Assembly: GCA_028714535.1 (NCBI GenBank)
Contig: JAQTME010000001.1
Span: 69,955-133,954, forward strand
Source of the DNA: Candidatus Iainarchaeum sp.
Lineage (GTDB): Archaea > Micrarchaeota > Micrarchaeia > Anstonellales > Bilamarchaeaceae
DNA: 64,000 nucleotides
Reading direction: 5' to 3'
Shown here: one piece after another, positions 37,627 to 46,607 of the stretch
How the letters are laid out: each line of letters opens with the position of its first letter
How positions within the stretch are numbered: the first letter of the stretch is position 1
Made by a program: the position numbers and the translations under genes
Notes under the pieces: model-generated
Told to the model about the DNA's origin: nothing
The model's input: the letters and a program-made list of their open reading frames with translations, nothing else
Database searches by the model: none

Positions 37627-37845
37627 GGTAATGTCCCTCCAGTTTCTCATTTAAGGCTTTGCATAACGAGCCGAAGGCGAACCGAAGCCCTGCCAATGCT
37701 GGTTTTCATATACCAGACCGCACGTTAGCGAGGTTTTGTAGGGGGGTTGCGCTCATCATGCCGGGATTTGCAGGGTGTTCTCCAACTGCAGCGCCGGGCG
37801 AACAGCTTATCAACCGAGCGAAAGGCATAAATACTTTATGTTAGT

Positions 37846-37867
37846 TATACCTAACATGTTAGGTATA
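37846..37867. promoter_or_regulatory. perfect 22-bp palindrome, candidate operator (XRE regulator target)
   Basis: TATACCTAACATGTTAGGTATA is 20 bp upstream of the ATG at 37888, downstream of an AT-rich TATA-like element (AAATACTTTAT). An XRE-family HTH gene lies in the same operon. Confidence 0.45.
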
Positions 37868-37887
37868 TATCACCTGGTGGTGCTGCG

Positions 37888-38307
37888 ATGGAGAAACAAC
37901 TCAATCTTTTCATAAGGGTTTTTGTCCTGGCGTTGATTATTGCCGCTGGTTCCCTGTTTTTCACGTTTCCGGGGAAATCAATTTGGCTACTGGCTTCAGT
38001 TGCCATCGCCATGGCGGTTGCACTCGTTGCCCTTGTTGCCGCTTCTGAAAGAGTTACTTCGATGAAAACCGGTTTGCCGCTGGAGGACGAACTCTCCAGA
38101 AAAGCCACCTGGAAAGCAGGGTATTATGCGTTTGTCACTGGCTTATGGCTTGCAATTGGGATAATGGCAGCCAACCTGATTGGTGGGGAAATATTCAAGC
38201 TTCCAGACATTGATTTCAGATACGCATTTGAGGCAATGCTTGTAGTGCCTGGGCTCACCTTCGTTGTTCTTGCGATGTTGTTTAAGAAAAAAGGAAATGT
38301 GGACTAG
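37888..38307 (+). CDS. small 4-TM membrane protein (DUF2178-like partner of XRE regulators)
   Basis: 139 aa, four hydrophobic helices. Stop abuts the start of the XRE gene. Confidence 0.45.
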   Translation: MEKQLNLFIRVFVLALIIAAGSLFFTFPGKSIWLLASVAIAMAVALVALVAASERVTSMKTGLPLEDELSRKATWKAGYYAFVTGLWLAIGIMAANLIGGEIFKLPDIDFRYAFEAMLVVPGLTFVVLAMLFKKKGNVD

Positions 38308-38511
38308 GTGTTCGGTTTGAGGACGAGAATCAAGGAACTGAGGGACAGGTTCCACCTTACGCAGGAAGACCTGGCAAAGAAAGTCGGCGTGCGCAGGGAA
38401 ACAATCGTCCTCATAGAAAAGGGCGACTATAACTGCTCCATAATGCTAGCCCATGCACTGGCAAAAGAACTGAAAACAACAATCGACAAGCTGTTCATCT
38501 GGGAAGATTGA
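38308..38511 (+). CDS. XRE-family (Cro/C1-type HTH) transcriptional regulator
   Basis: 67 aa. [23 protein letters not shown] is a canonical HTH_3 motif. GTG start. Confidence 0.75.
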   Translation: MFGLRTRIKELRDRFHLTQEDLAKKVGVRRETIVLIEKGDYNCSIMLAHALAKELKTTIDKLFIWED

Positions 38512-38726
38512 CTCCTATCGCCCTTCTATTTTAATGAAATGTCAGACCGCACGTCAATCGTCATCGTTTTCGCCGTGGCCGGGTTTCCCCTGTTCCTGGC
38601 GGCACTGACGCGCCATCAGGACGCTGGCTTAGGGCTAGACTCAGTGATCACCTTGGTCATCACGATGTTATTATCGCTGAAGGGGTTTAAGTAGCTTTTT
38701 TATTATCAGCCGCGCCAACTCATGCG

Positions 38727-40268
38727 ATGCTCCAGCTAATCAACCACATATTCGTCGCCCTGCTCATGCTTGCCGCGGCAGCAGGCGTATCCCTGACCCT
38801 GCTCATCCTCCTGGTGCCGGCCCTGTTGGAAAACAACGAACTGGGCGGCGAGGAAAGGCCCGACTTCGTTCTCGGCGGCGGCAATTTCATGATTGCGGCT
38901 GATGATTCCCCTTCCGAGGTCAATTTCACCATCCGTACCCCAAGGCTTGGCGAGGGCGACCTTCTCAACCTTGAAATATACGAGAACGGCCTCCAGGTGG
39001 CGTCTGCGGACTGCCTCAATGACGATGAGCAGAACTACACCGGGGCGACCGATATCACATGCGCGGCCGGCCTTCCATACGCCTATGTTGACTGGAGCAC
39101 CTACCAGGTCGTCGCAATCCTCACCGCAGGAGGAAAAGATTACACCTCAGGGCCTGCCGACGTGACTGTGGATTGGTCGGCCTACGAGGCCGGTTTCTGG
39201 GGCATGGAGGGCGTCCTCCTGCTGCTCGTGGCCGCAGTATACGCCATCGTGGTCCTGCCAGTGCTGCTGTTCATCTTCTGGACCGTTTCAGGCATGAAAC
39301 ACGCAGGTGCAGAGCCTGGCGAATATTCCCTGCGCTCGCTCATCTTCCTAAACGGGCAAACGCTGCTGCAAAAATTCCATGCCTTCCTCACATCGCCGTA
39401 TTTCTGGGCCTTTGAATTCATAGGCGTCATCCTGATAGTCTGCTATCTAGTCCTCAGCCAGGAAATCTGGAAGTCAGGGACCGCCTTCGTCGCCTTTGTC
39501 ATATCCGGCCTCATCTCGTTCATAGTCCCTTTCCTGTGGTGCTGTGCCTGGTGGTACGCCGACTACCGTGAACGAGAGCCCATGCGGATAATGGTGACGT
39601 TTTTCCTGTGGGGCATGCTCGCGGCCCTGATGGCCATAGGCATAAACACTGTTTTCGGGGTGTTGTTCGGGCTCATCGGCGTGGGGTTCCTCGGCTCGTT
39701 CTTCATCGCGCCCCCGGTGGAGGAGTTCTATAAGGCCTCCGGGCTCGGCCTTCTCGCCGAACATAAGGAGTACAATTCCATAGAGGACGGCATCCTGTTC
39801 GGCTTCACAATCGGCATGGGGTTCTCCTTCATAGAGAACTGGATATACCTGCTTGACAATCCCATGGGCTCTGATGTGGGCGCATGGCTCGCGATCTTCT
39901 TCATGCGATGCATCCTGTTCTCTGCCAACCATGGCTTTTTCACAGCCATCACCGGCGCCACAATAGGCTGGCTCATAGAGCGCAGGTTCGCAGCCCCGGC
40001 CCTCGGCCTGCTTCTCGGCGCGCCAGTGGCGGCCCTGTTCCATGCGATGCACAATTCAGGCGAGATGCTGGCCGCGCTCCTTGGAGGTGGCGGCCTGCTC
40101 ATCTACTGCTGCCTGTTCATGCCGTTTTTCGACTATGGCGGCCTGCTGCTGGTGGCGGCGTTCTTCATCCGCTCAGTGCTGCGCCAGAAAGGGACGGCCC
40201 GCAAAACGGCCAGGGCACCTGCCAAAAAACAGGGTATTAATTCGGTTCGATTCAATATTTTACGATGA
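38727..40268 (+). CDS. PrsW-family intramembrane protease with an N-terminal extracytoplasmic domain
   Basis: 513 aa. N-terminal TM, a roughly 130-aa external domain, then a multi-TM core with EExxK (VEEFYK), FxxxH (HGFF) and HxxHN (HAMHN) motifs of PrsW/CAAX-like proteases. Confidence 0.65.
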   Translation: MLQLINHIFVALLMLAAAAGVSLTLLILLVPALLENNELGGEERPDFVLGGGNFMIAADDSPSEVNFTIRTPRLGEGDLLNLEIYENGLQVASADCLNDDEQNYTGATDITCAAGLPYAYVDWSTYQVVAILTAGGKDYTSGPADVTVDWSAYEAGFWGMEGVLLLLVAAVYAIVVLPVLLFIFWTVSGMKHAGAEPGEYSLRSLIFLNGQTLLQKFHAFLTSPYFWAFEFIGVILIVCYLVLSQEIWKSGTAFVAFVISGLISFIVPFLWCCAWWYADYREREPMRIMVTFFLWGMLAALMAIGINTVFGVLFGLIGVGFLGSFFIAPPVEEFYKASGLGLLAEHKEYNSIEDGILFGFTIGMGFSFIENWIYLLDNPMGSDVGAWLAIFFMRCILFSANHGFFTAITGATIGWLIERRFAAPALGLLLGAPVAALFHAMHNSGEMLAALLGGGGLLIYCCLFMPFFDYGGLLLVAAFFIRSVLRQKGTARKTARAPAKKQGINSVRFNILR

Positions 40269-42568
40269 TAAAATCCATCCGCCTTGTAAACTGGCGCTCG
40301 CACGCTGATACGTCGCTGCAGTTCAGGCAGGGCACCAATCTCCTCGTCGGCATGATGGGGGCCGGCAAGTCCAGCGTGCTGGAGGCGATATCCTTCGCGT
40401 TCTTCGGGACCTTCCCTGCGCTTGAGCGGCGGAAGATGAAGCTGGAGAACATCCTCAGGCTTGACGAGAGCACGGCCAAAATCACCCTTGAGTTCGAATG
40501 GGAGGGCCAGGGCTACCGCATAGAGCGCAGGCTCGAGCGCTCCAAGCGCGGCATCGCCTCGGGCGCAGAGCTGTTCAGGGGCGGCTCAGAAATCGATCAC
40601 GGCTCCACTGCGGTCACGGCGGCCGTCCAGCGCATCACCGGCGTGGACTACGACCTTTTCACCAGGGCGATATACTCCGAGCAGAACAACATCGACTATT
40701 TCCTCAACCTGGACGCAGGCACGAGGAAGCATGAGATAGACACCCTGCTCGGCCTGGACAGGTTCGAGGACGCCAGGTCAAGCATAGTCAGCGTCATCAA
40801 CCGCGTGGCCGAGCAGCGCAGGATGCTGGAGGAGCGCTTCAGCAGGGTACGGATGGCAGAGCTTGAGAGCAAGGAGAAGGAACATGCGGCGGCCGCAGCA
40901 TCGGCCCGGGACAAGCTCGCACATGCCACGGCCGCCTCAGAGCGTAAGGCCAAGGAACTGACAGGCAGCTCTGCTAAGTTCGACGAGATGCGCAGGCACA
41001 GGGAGGCGTTCGAACGGCTGGACAAGGAGGCCATAGCCCTGGCAGCCCAGCAGGAATCCCTGAAAAAGGAGCTGGAAGGGGTTGTTGCAGATGAAGCCTT
41101 CCATGCCGAATCGAAAAAGCGCCTGGCAGGGCTTGTGGGCGAGCGCAACAAGCTCGCAGAGCAGGCCAGGGCGGTTGACAGCCGGAGCGCCGTCCTGTCA
41201 AAGGAGGCAGGCACGCTGGAAGCCCGCATGAAGTCCGCCTCCGAGGCAAAAAGCAGGCTAGACTCGCTCCGGAAGGAGCTCAAGTCCCTACTCGGGGCCA
41301 AAACAGTGGATGCACTGCAGACAAGGCAGAAGGAGGCAGAAAAAGAGGTGCTCGCGCACGAGTCAGAGCGCCGCTCGCTGGAAAGCAGCGTGGCAGAAAT
41401 CGACGAATTGGTCCATAAGCTCAAGCCCGGGCTTGCAGAATGCCCGCTGTGCTCGTCAAAGCTCGACGATGCAGGGATATCACACATAAAGCACGAGAAG
41501 CAGGCCCTGGCCGAAGCCAGGAAGAAGCGCATCAAAGAACTCCTGGCAGCGGTGGCTGCCGGAAAGAAGGAGAACGAGGCGCTCCTGGCAGGCATAAAGA
41601 AGGCCGTTCTCCTGTCTGAGCAGGGGATCGTGCTTGAGAAAGAGCTCAAGGGCGCAGAAGGGTTGCCAGAGCGCAAAGCCGAGCTTGAAGCAGCCTTGGG
41701 CGGCATCCATTCCGAACGCGATGCAATTCAAAAGCGCTCCACCGCACTTGCCGACGCCATAGAGAAGCTGCGCGTCGAGCTGAGCGGCATGGAAAGCGCA
41801 ATAACCAAGAAGAAATCGCTCGCATCGCTGGAGGTGCGGCTCGCAGATGCACTGGCAAGGCTCGCAGCCATGAAATTCGACGAGAAGTCGTTCGAAACCC
41901 TTCGCAGCGCCGTTGAAACGCTGCGCCTTGGCGCCGCTACGGCCGCCTCGGAGAAGCAGTCGCTAGAGGCCCAGTCCAGGATGGCAGCAGACATGCTCAA
42001 CCTCGTCAGGGGTGAGCTTTCAGGCCTGAAGCAGATGGAAAAGGACGCCATCGCGCTCGCGAAGCTCGGTGAGGAGCTTGCCATATACAGGAATGCGGTC
42101 CTGGAGACCCAGATATCGCTCCGCGCCAGCCTCATAGACGCCATAAACACAGCCATGAACGAGGTCTGGGCCATATTCTACCCATACAGGAACTACTCCG
42201 CCATACGGCTCGAGGTCACGGAAAAGGACTACCTGTTCGAGGTCAACGACGGCAACGCCTGGAAGGGCCTGGAAACCACCGCCAGCGGGGGAGAGCGTGC
42301 GAGCGCTGCGCTCACCCTCCGCGTCGCCCTGGCCATGGTGCTGACGCCCAGGCTGAGCTGGCTCATCCTGGACGAACCGACGCACAACCTCGACACAGAG
42401 GCCATAGAGATGCTTTCAACAGCGCTCCAGACCAAGGTGCCGCAGGTCGTCAACCAGACGTTCGTGATAACGCACGAGGAGGGGCTTATGGGATCGGATT
42501 TCGCCTCAAGCTACCGCCTGAGCCGCGACAAGGAGCACAATGGGGATACGAAAGCAGAAGTGATATGA
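40265..42568 (+). CDS. Rad50/SbcC-like SMC-type ABC ATPase with a CxxC zinc hook
   Basis: 767 aa. Walker A GMMGAGKSS, long coiled coils with a central CPLC hook, signature SGGERA, Walker B LILDEPTHNLD and H-loop ITHEE. Start overlaps the stop of the PrsW gene (ATGA). No Mre11 gene adjacent. Confidence 0.7.
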   Translation: MIKSIRLVNWRSHADTSLQFRQGTNLLVGMMGAGKSSVLEAISFAFFGTFPALERRKMKLENILRLDESTAKITLEFEWEGQGYRIERRLERSKRGIASGAELFRGGSEIDHGSTAVTAAVQRITGVDYDLFTRAIYSEQNNIDYFLNLDAGTRKHEIDTLLGLDRFEDARSSIVSVINRVAEQRRMLEERFSRVRMAELESKEKEHAAAAASARDKLAHATAASERKAKELTGSSAKFDEMRRHREAFERLDKEAIALAAQQESLKKELEGVVADEAFHAESKKRLAGLVGERNKLAEQARAVDSRSAVLSKEAGTLEARMKSASEAKSRLDSLRKELKSLLGAKTVDALQTRQKEAEKEVLAHESERRSLESSVAEIDELVHKLKPGLAECPLCSSKLDDAGISHIKHEKQALAEARKKRIKELLAAVAAGKKENEALLAGIKKAVLLSEQGIVLEKELKGAEGLPERKAELEAALGGIHSERDAIQKRSTALADAIEKLRVELSGMESAITKKKSLASLEVRLADALARLAAMKFDEKSFETLRSAVETLRLGAATAASEKQSLEAQSRMAADMLNLVRGELSGLKQMEKDAIALAKLGEELAIYRNAVLETQISLRASLIDAINTAMNEVWAIFYPYRNYSAIRLEVTEKDYLFEVNDGNAWKGLETTASGGERASAALTLRVALAMVLTPRLSWLILDEPTHNLDTEAIEMLSTALQTKVPQVVNQTFVITHEEGLMGSDFASSYRLSRDKEHNGDTKAEVI

Positions 42569-42571
42569 GAA

Positions 42572-43453
42572 TCAGTTGTAGACTTCCTCTTCTATCTTCG
42601 CGGCCAGGTCGAACTGGTCAGATGCCTTCTTCCCGGTCTTCTCCTGGTACCATTCGCTGCAGCTCAGCTCGTTCTTGCCTGTGTAGTATGCGATGGCGCA
42701 GTAGATGTCCTCCCTCGTCGCGAAGCCGATCGCGAAAAGGTATTGGAGTATGTTCTTGAATTCCTCTATGACATAGGCCCTCTTCCTGGACACCCTCATC
42801 TTCCTGAGGTCGCTGAGCGTCATGTCATCCCTGCCCAGGAGTATGTTGTTGAGCGTGAACCTGCCTATGATGACGTTGCCGGAGTGCAGTTCCGCGATCT
42901 TTTCCGCTATCATCTCGGTGAGCTTGCTCCTGCTCTTGGCCTTGAGGCTGTCGACGTCGACGTAGTGTATGCTGCCCCTCGTTATCCTCCTGTCGAATGC
43001 CCAGGAGTCCTGCTCCACCTTGGAAATCACGTAGTCGCTGCCGAGCGCGGTGGTGAGGTAGCCGACGATGTTCTCAAGCGCGCCTGTTATCTTGCCGTAT
43101 GCGTTGTAGAGCGCCTGTGCGATTTCATGGGCTGTCTTCCTTGCGATATAAGTCATGTTATTGTGGCTGAAGCATATGCTGTCCGCGCCGTCCCTGGCGG
43201 CTATGCGGTAGAGGCCGGAAAGGTCCTCGCCGCTCCTGAAGATGAGCCTGGTCACCCTTATGCTCGGGCTGTCGGTGCGCTTCCAGGTGTATTCCATGGT
43301 GACGTTGCTGCCGCTTTCATGTTTCCTGGATGAAACTGGCACTTCCTTCGAGAACTCCGGCAGCGCATAATCGTCGTGCTTGCCGGTCTCCAGTTCCTGG
43401 AGCTTCTCGTCGGCGCTAGGTATGTGCGCTTCTGCGTATTCCGTTTTCTTCAT
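42572..43453 (-). CDS. hypothetical protein, possibly a degenerate RIO/Kdo/APH-like kinase fold
   Basis: 293 aa. …GNVIIGRFTLNNILLGRDD… sits where kinase-like folds carry HxDLHxxNIL, but the catalytic His/Asp are replaced. Tentative. Confidence 0.3.
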   Translation of the reverse strand: MKKTEYAEAHIPSADEKLQELETGKHDDYALPEFSKEVPVSSRKHESGSNVTMEYTWKRTDSPSIRVTRLIFRSGEDLSGLYRIAARDGADSICFSHNNMTYIARKTAHEIAQALYNAYGKITGALENIVGYLTTALGSDYVISKVEQDSWAFDRRITRGSIHYVDVDSLKAKSRSKLTEMIAEKIAELHSGNVIIGRFTLNNILLGRDDMTLSDLRKMRVSRKRAYVIEEFKNILQYLFAIGFATREDIYCAIAYYTGKNELSCSEWYQEKTGKKASDQFDLAAKIEEEVYN

Positions 43454-43557
43454 CCATGGTCACCGATATTAATGAATCTGGGCGATGCCCACATTCGACT
43501 ATAATTACGCATTCCCCCCTTTTAAATCTGTGTATCGTAATTCGTCATCCGTCGAAG

Positions 43558-44301
43558 TCACTCTGTCTCAATCCTCGGCGCAAGGTAGTATACTATCCTC
43601 GCCCCCTCGATTTCATATTCGAGCTTCAGCGGCCTGTCCGTCTCCAGGTTTATCCTCACCATGGCGTTGCCTGATGTGGCCTTGACCATGTCCTCTAGAT
43701 ACTGCAGCGGGAACGTGGCCTTTACCGAAGCAGGCGTCTGCATCTCCGGCACCTCTGGCGAGCCTTTGTCGAACTCGGCCTTGACCTCCCCGCTCTCGCC
43801 CCTCACATCGACGATGAACTGCTCCGGCGTGAGCTGGAGCCGCACATGAGAGCTTATCAGCTTCGCGTCCTTGAGCGTCTCCTTTATGGAGTCGGCCCTG
43901 ACCATGGCATGGCTCTTGAACTCTATCTTCGGCTCCCTCTGGCTCCTTTCCCCGCTCTCTATGAGAGGCACCTTGAAGGTCCGCTTGTGCTTTTCCCCTG
44001 TGAACCTCACGACCAGCCGCCCCTCCTCCAGGGAAAGCTCGACCTTCTCGCCCTTCTTGCCGCGGGAGAGCACGTTGGCGAGCTGGCCTATGTCTATGCC
44101 TATCTTGCGCTCCTCCGTGACATTGTATTCTACGAAGGCGCTCTTGGGCATGCTGAAGGACACCATGGAGATCTGCGACGGGTCCATCGCCATGAGATGC
44201 AGGCCGTCCGCCTTCACCTCGAACTGCCCTTCCTCGACAAGGCTGACTATGCAGTCTATCACAGACTTAAGCGCTGGAGCGTCCTGTACTACCAATCTCA
44301 T
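43558..44301 (-). CDS. pcn: DNA polymerase sliding clamp PCNA
   Basis: 247 aa. MRLVVQDAPALKSVIDCI… and …AMDPSQISMV… match archaeal PCNA. Confidence 0.85.
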   Translation of the reverse strand: MRLVVQDAPALKSVIDCIVSLVEEGQFEVKADGLHLMAMDPSQISMVSFSMPKSAFVEYNVTEERKIGIDIGQLANVLSRGKKGEKVELSLEEGRLVVRFTGEKHKRTFKVPLIESGERSQREPKIEFKSHAMVRADSIKETLKDAKLISSHVRLQLTPEQFIVDVRGESGEVKAEFDKGSPEVPEMQTPASVKATFPLQYLEDMVKATSGNAMVRINLETDRPLKLEYEIEGARIVYYLAPRIETE

Positions 44302-44368
44302 GCTTACACCTCTCAGCCTACACTGGGGCGTAAAACAATATAATGGTTCTTGTGGCCCGGCGCCCTGG

Positions 44369-44989
44369 TCATCCGAGCGCGCCTGCCAGCGCAGTTTTTT
44401 CCTGTTCTGCCCCCCTTGATTTGAGCAGTTCGCTGGCCACGCGGTTCACTGTCGCCATGCCAGTCCGCAGTTTGAGGAGCTCTGTATCGATGAGCGAAAC
44501 CGTGTAAATGGACGTTTCAGCGGCCACTATGCAACTGAGCGTGACAAGCACCCTTCCATGCCTGCCGCCTGCGCCGCTGACGCCCACCCCGGTGGCATTC
44601 TCGAGGTAACTGATGAGTCCCGGATCCGGGTCTTTATCCGGCGTCCTGATATTGACAGCTGCATACCACCCGTTCTCATGCGCGCCGCACTCGGCCCTTT
44701 CAAAGCCAGGTATTACGCCCGGCAGCCCTTCGTGATAGGGCACCAGGTGCACAACCGTATTGCCAAGCGGCTGGAGGAACTTAGTGCCGAGCCCCCTGTA
44801 TCCGAGCCCCTGCATGGAGAGCGCATCGACCACCTTGCCATCCGGCTTCAGCGTGTCGCAAAGCGGCTCTTTGCCCCTAATCCCGTTTATGATGTGCCAT
44901 AGCTCTGCAGTCGGAACCTTATTCTTCGTGATAAAAAGTTCTGCGGTCATGCGTTGTCTCAGTCCAGCCACTGTATGATCATTTCTCAT
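44369..44989 (-). CDS. hypothetical protein (possible PAC2-family proteasome assembly chaperone-like)
   Basis: 206 aa. EGLPGVIPG resembles the PAC2 GxPGxGxVG motif but is displaced from the N-terminus. Weak. Confidence 0.3.
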   Translation of the reverse strand: MRNDHTVAGLRQRMTAELFITKNKVPTAELWHIINGIRGKEPLCDTLKPDGKVVDALSMQGLGYRGLGTKFLQPLGNTVVHLVPYHEGLPGVIPGFERAECGAHENGWYAAVNIRTPDKDPDPGLISYLENATGVGVSGAGGRHGRVLVTLSCIVAAETSIYTVSLIDTELLKLRTGMATVNRVASELLKSRGAEQEKTALAGALG

Positions 44990-45196
44990 CCCGATGCACC
45001 TCCACGCTTTGTGCTGATTTGAAACAGGATTGCATTTGCCCGCTTTATAAATTTATGTAACCGGACTTCGGCGGATGCCGTCGGCTAAAATCAGGTGGCA
45101 ACTCGGTAGCTACTCTTGTCGTCATCGCCTTGCGGCTGTGTCTGGGACGGTACAGTCATCATTGCCACTATGTTTTGTGCTGAGTTGTGTTTAAAA

Positions 45197-45502
45197 TTAC
45201 CTGTATGATTCGCTCTTTTCCATGGGCCGCTGCGCCTTGGGCGCCCTGGGCACGCGCGGCATGACCTGGCCTGAGCGCATCAGGAGCACGACGGCAAGGG
45301 CGATTATGAAAAAGCCGACAAGGAACTCGCCGCTACCCTTCACATCCAGGAAATCAGTGACAAAAGAAGCGATGCCCAGCAGCACGAAAAGCAGGCCTAC
45401 CAGCAGCAGGAAGTCGCCGGTGACCGAAAGGGCGGCCGCGCGCATCACCATTGGCTGCACCTCGGCCTCGTCCCCCTCTTCAACCGGTTTCGGCGCTGCC
45501 AT
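45197..45502 (-). CDS. small 2-TM membrane protein, hypothetical
   Basis: 101 aa, two hydrophobic helices. Immediately downstream of the kinase-deaminase gene on the same strand. Confidence 0.4.
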   Translation of the reverse strand: MAAPKPVEEGDEAEVQPMVMRAAALSVTGDFLLLVGLLFVLLGIASFVTDFLDVKGSGEFLVGFFIIALAVVLLMRSGQVMPRVPRAPKAQRPMEKSESYR

Positions 45503-46510
45503 CTATCCCACCTTGTGCTGCCTGACCTTTATGCCGGCGTCCTTCAGCAGCCTCATCGGCGTCTCGGCCATAGGGTAGTCGAGGTTGTATACGACCTCCT
45601 TTATGCCGGCGTTGATTATCATCTTGGTGCACAGCAGGCAGGGCGAGAACGTGGTGTATATGACAGAGTCCTTTATGCTTATGCCGTGGTAGCTGGCCTG
45701 GACTATTGCGTTCTCCTCGCCATGGCTGCACAGGCACTCATCGAGGTTCTTGCCCGACTCCGTGAACTTGTTGCACCTTGGGCAGCCCCCTTCCGAGCAG
45801 TTGCGCGTCCCGCGCGGCGTGCCGTTATACCCTGTGGATATTATCCTCTTGTCCTTGACTATGACCGCCGCGACCTTGCGCTTCACGCAGTTGCTGCGCG
45901 ACGCCACTACCTTGGCTATGCCCATGAAATATTCGTCCCAGCTCGGCCTTGCAAGCTTGAATTCGTCCGAGACCTCCGCCAGGGCGGTGTCCACCTTGTC
46001 ATGGAGCTCGTTGAGGTCGCCCTCATTGACGATTTTTTTCTGTGCGAGAGCGAACGTGCCCTTCAGGTTCTGCTTGGTCCTGTCCGCGTTCTCGATCTCC
46101 AGCTTCTCTATCTCCACGAAGGCGCCATACGTTTGCGGGTCCTCCTCCCTGCGCCTCGCCCGCGTCCTTTCGAACCTCGCCTCGCTGGGTGCTGTGATGT
46201 AAAACAGGAAGAACCGGCCGAGCTTCTTGAGTTCCTCGACCTCCGCGGGGTTGCGGATGGAATCCACGACGTAGTTCTTGTCCTTCTCGAGCTTTTGGGC
46301 GATCTTGGTCCCGAGCACGCCGGGCCCGAACTTCTCGCGCAGCTCGTTGCCCCTGGCTATGAGGTTCTCGCGCGTCACTGGCTTGCCGTGCGCCTTGAGC
46401 TCCTCGCGGATGACGTCAGACAAAGAATAGTAGTAGAACCCCTTCTTCATGAGATACTCTGCGACAGTGCTCTTGCCTGCGCAGTTCTCGCCTGTAAGCC
46501 CGATTATCAT
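45503..46510 (-). CDS. fusion protein: N-terminal P-loop nucleotide kinase domain + C-terminal dCMP (cytidine/deoxycytidylate) deaminase domain
   Basis: N-terminal P-loop IIGLTGENCAGKST (CoaE/dNMP-kinase-like). C-terminal domain has the zinc-ligand motifs HGEENA and PCLLC of CDA/dCMP deaminases plus an extra CxxC (CSEGGCPRC). Confidence 0.7.
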   Translation of the reverse strand: MIIGLTGENCAGKSTVAEYLMKKGFYYYSLSDVIREELKAHGKPVTRENLIARGNELREKFGPGVLGTKIAQKLEKDKNYVVDSIRNPAEVEELKKLGRFFLFYITAPSEARFERTRARRREEDPQTYGAFVEIEKLEIENADRTKQNLKGTFALAQKKIVNEGDLNELHDKVDTALAEVSDEFKLARPSWDEYFMGIAKVVASRSNCVKRKVAAVIVKDKRIISTGYNGTPRGTRNCSEGGCPRCNKFTESGKNLDECLCSHGEENAIVQASYHGISIKDSVIYTTFSPCLLCTKMIINAGIKEVVYNLDYPMAETPMRLLKDAGIKVRQHKVG

Positions 46511-46607
46511 AAGAATCCCCTGCCTTATGCGGATTGGGCTTATCGTTATTATAATTGTTGTCTTTGCCCTGCCTTCACATCACATTTTAAGACATTCGAA
46601 CTAACAT

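Noticed and set aside
40265-42568. Calling the Rad50-like gene canonical rad50 (mre11-rad50 DSB repair)
   Set aside because: No mre11, herA or nurA in the neighbourhood and the protein is shorter than typical archaeal Rad50. It is kept as Rad50-like with function open.
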